From: Dendrobates tinctorius
Taxonomy: Eukaryota
Assembly: GCF_039654945.1 (NCBI RefSeq)
Contig: NW_027361752.1
Coordinates: forward strand, 44,578,001-44,642,000
Length of the DNA stretch: 64,000 nt
Direction of reading: 5' to 3'
Shown: positions 62,705-64,000 of the stretch, in pieces
Position numbering within the stretch: the stretch's first letter is position 1
Layout of the letters: the number at the start of each line of letters is the position of its first letter
The notes under the pieces: generated by a model
What the model was told of the DNA's origin: nothing
Seen by the model: only the letters and a program-made list of their open reading frames with translations
The model's database searches: none
Program-made: the position numbers and the translations under genes

Positions 62705-63739
62705 AAAACACATTTTTTTCTTTTATAGTAGACACCGTTTCATCCAGTAGAGACATGTAGAACGCTGACACTAAGTGACTCGTACGTAATAAAATTCTTT
62801 TTGGACTACAAGGGCTGTATAGTAGATTGAGTCTCGCTGCTGGCGTTCCCTCCGGGACGTGCAGACGGCTGCTCTCGCCCCTTACAATTGCTGAATGTGC
62901 TGTTCTGGAAATGTCCGTCCCTTTTCCTGTGAATGAGCTCCTTCTTGCATAACTCTCATTACCAGAGAAAACACTGAGTAATGTGGGTTTTGGCACACTC
63001 GGTGGTGGCCTCCTTACTGACTGGTGCACAATGGAAGGGGAACGCTGCGGTTTATCTAGAGGCCTCGTGGCTGAGTCTCTGAGTGCTGAGACGCCCAGCA
63101 CAATTGGGGAACACGGTAATTTCAGCTACTCGGCTGATGAAGCTGCTGATAGATTCTCTGCTTTATTACAAAGCGCTAATACACCAATAGGTCCTTAATA
63201 ATAACACATTTGTGTGTCTACTCCAAAAGGCTTGAATTATACTAACACAATTCCTTCAAAATATATCGCTTTGAAGAAAAAAAAGAGTGAGGCTTATTCA
63301 TAATCCATAAAATATACAATTTTATTAGTCCATTAATTAGACACGCTTTTAAAATTAAGAAAGGTATAGGAACAAGAAAAAGGGACATTGGGTCTCAAAA
63401 TATTAGATACATGCTGCCTGGTAAGAAGCCATGATCACAAATGGTTACAATGACTCATATTGACATGAACAGTGACTGATGTATAAAAATACAACCATAA
63501 AAATCCATTTTATAAAATATTGTGGTCTATAGCGGACCAATAAATTAGCTGGATTCTGTGCTGCTGCAAAATGTCACAAAATATCGCAAAGGCACAATTG
63601 CCTATTATTATGCCATCAGAGACTGACATGTGCCATTTATATTATATATTGAGGTCCATACACAACTGAATTGTATCAGCCCCGCTCAAGGTAAGTATGT
63701 GGCTTAGATGTGAAACCGTACAAAAGCTCCTGAGAGAAA

Positions 63740-63926
63740 ACAATGATCATGGAGACATTACCTGGATCCTGGCAGCTAAAACACAGTGAAGGAGAGCCCA
63801 GTCACTCTGCCCCGACGCACGTTTCGAAGATGCTGGGCGAAACGTGCGCGTCGGGGCAGAGGGACTGGGCTCTCCTTCACTGTGTTTTAGCTGCCAGGAT
63901 CCAGGTAATGTCTCCATGATCATTGT
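63740..63926. repeat. ~87-bp-arm inverted repeat, probably a Penelope-like inverted terminus
   Basis: Arms 63740-63826 / 63838-63926 with an 11-nt loop; GACGCACGTTTCG / CGAAACGTG...CGTC centre. Confidence 0.75.
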
Positions 63927-64000
63927 ATTATTGCAAAACGTGCGGGAATCTATTAAACCCCATATTTTCTACACCTATCTTAAAGGGGTTTCTGAGACCT

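Overview
Vertebrate genomic DNA, most likely a frog judging from the DONSON protein and the transposon families. Two complete spliced genes can be rebuilt by hand on the minus strand. DONSON has 9 coding exons (14554->3444, 571 aa) and CRYZL1/FERRY4 has 12 coding exons (46721->27573, 348 aa). A CpG-rich, probably bidirectional promoter at ~50.3-51.0 kb follows, with a plus-strand non-coding first exon that is probably ITSN1 (synteny only). Each gene has a minor-spliceosome (U12-type) intron: GT-AG in DONSON and AT-AC in CRYZL1. The rest is densely nested transposon DNA: a DIRS1-type retrotransposon with intact termini, a Gmr1-type Gypsy relic split by a hAT element, six Tc1 copies (one needing only a homopolymer fix), a Helitron, solo LTRs, MITEs, Penelope/CR1/L2 relics and many minisatellites. 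I cannot demonstrate a new biological system. The best speculative lead is a recurring 'CpG core + outward-facing 5' splice sites + adjacent minisatellite' module in unrelated non-autonomous transposons. Coordinates were counted by hand and may be off by a few bases.
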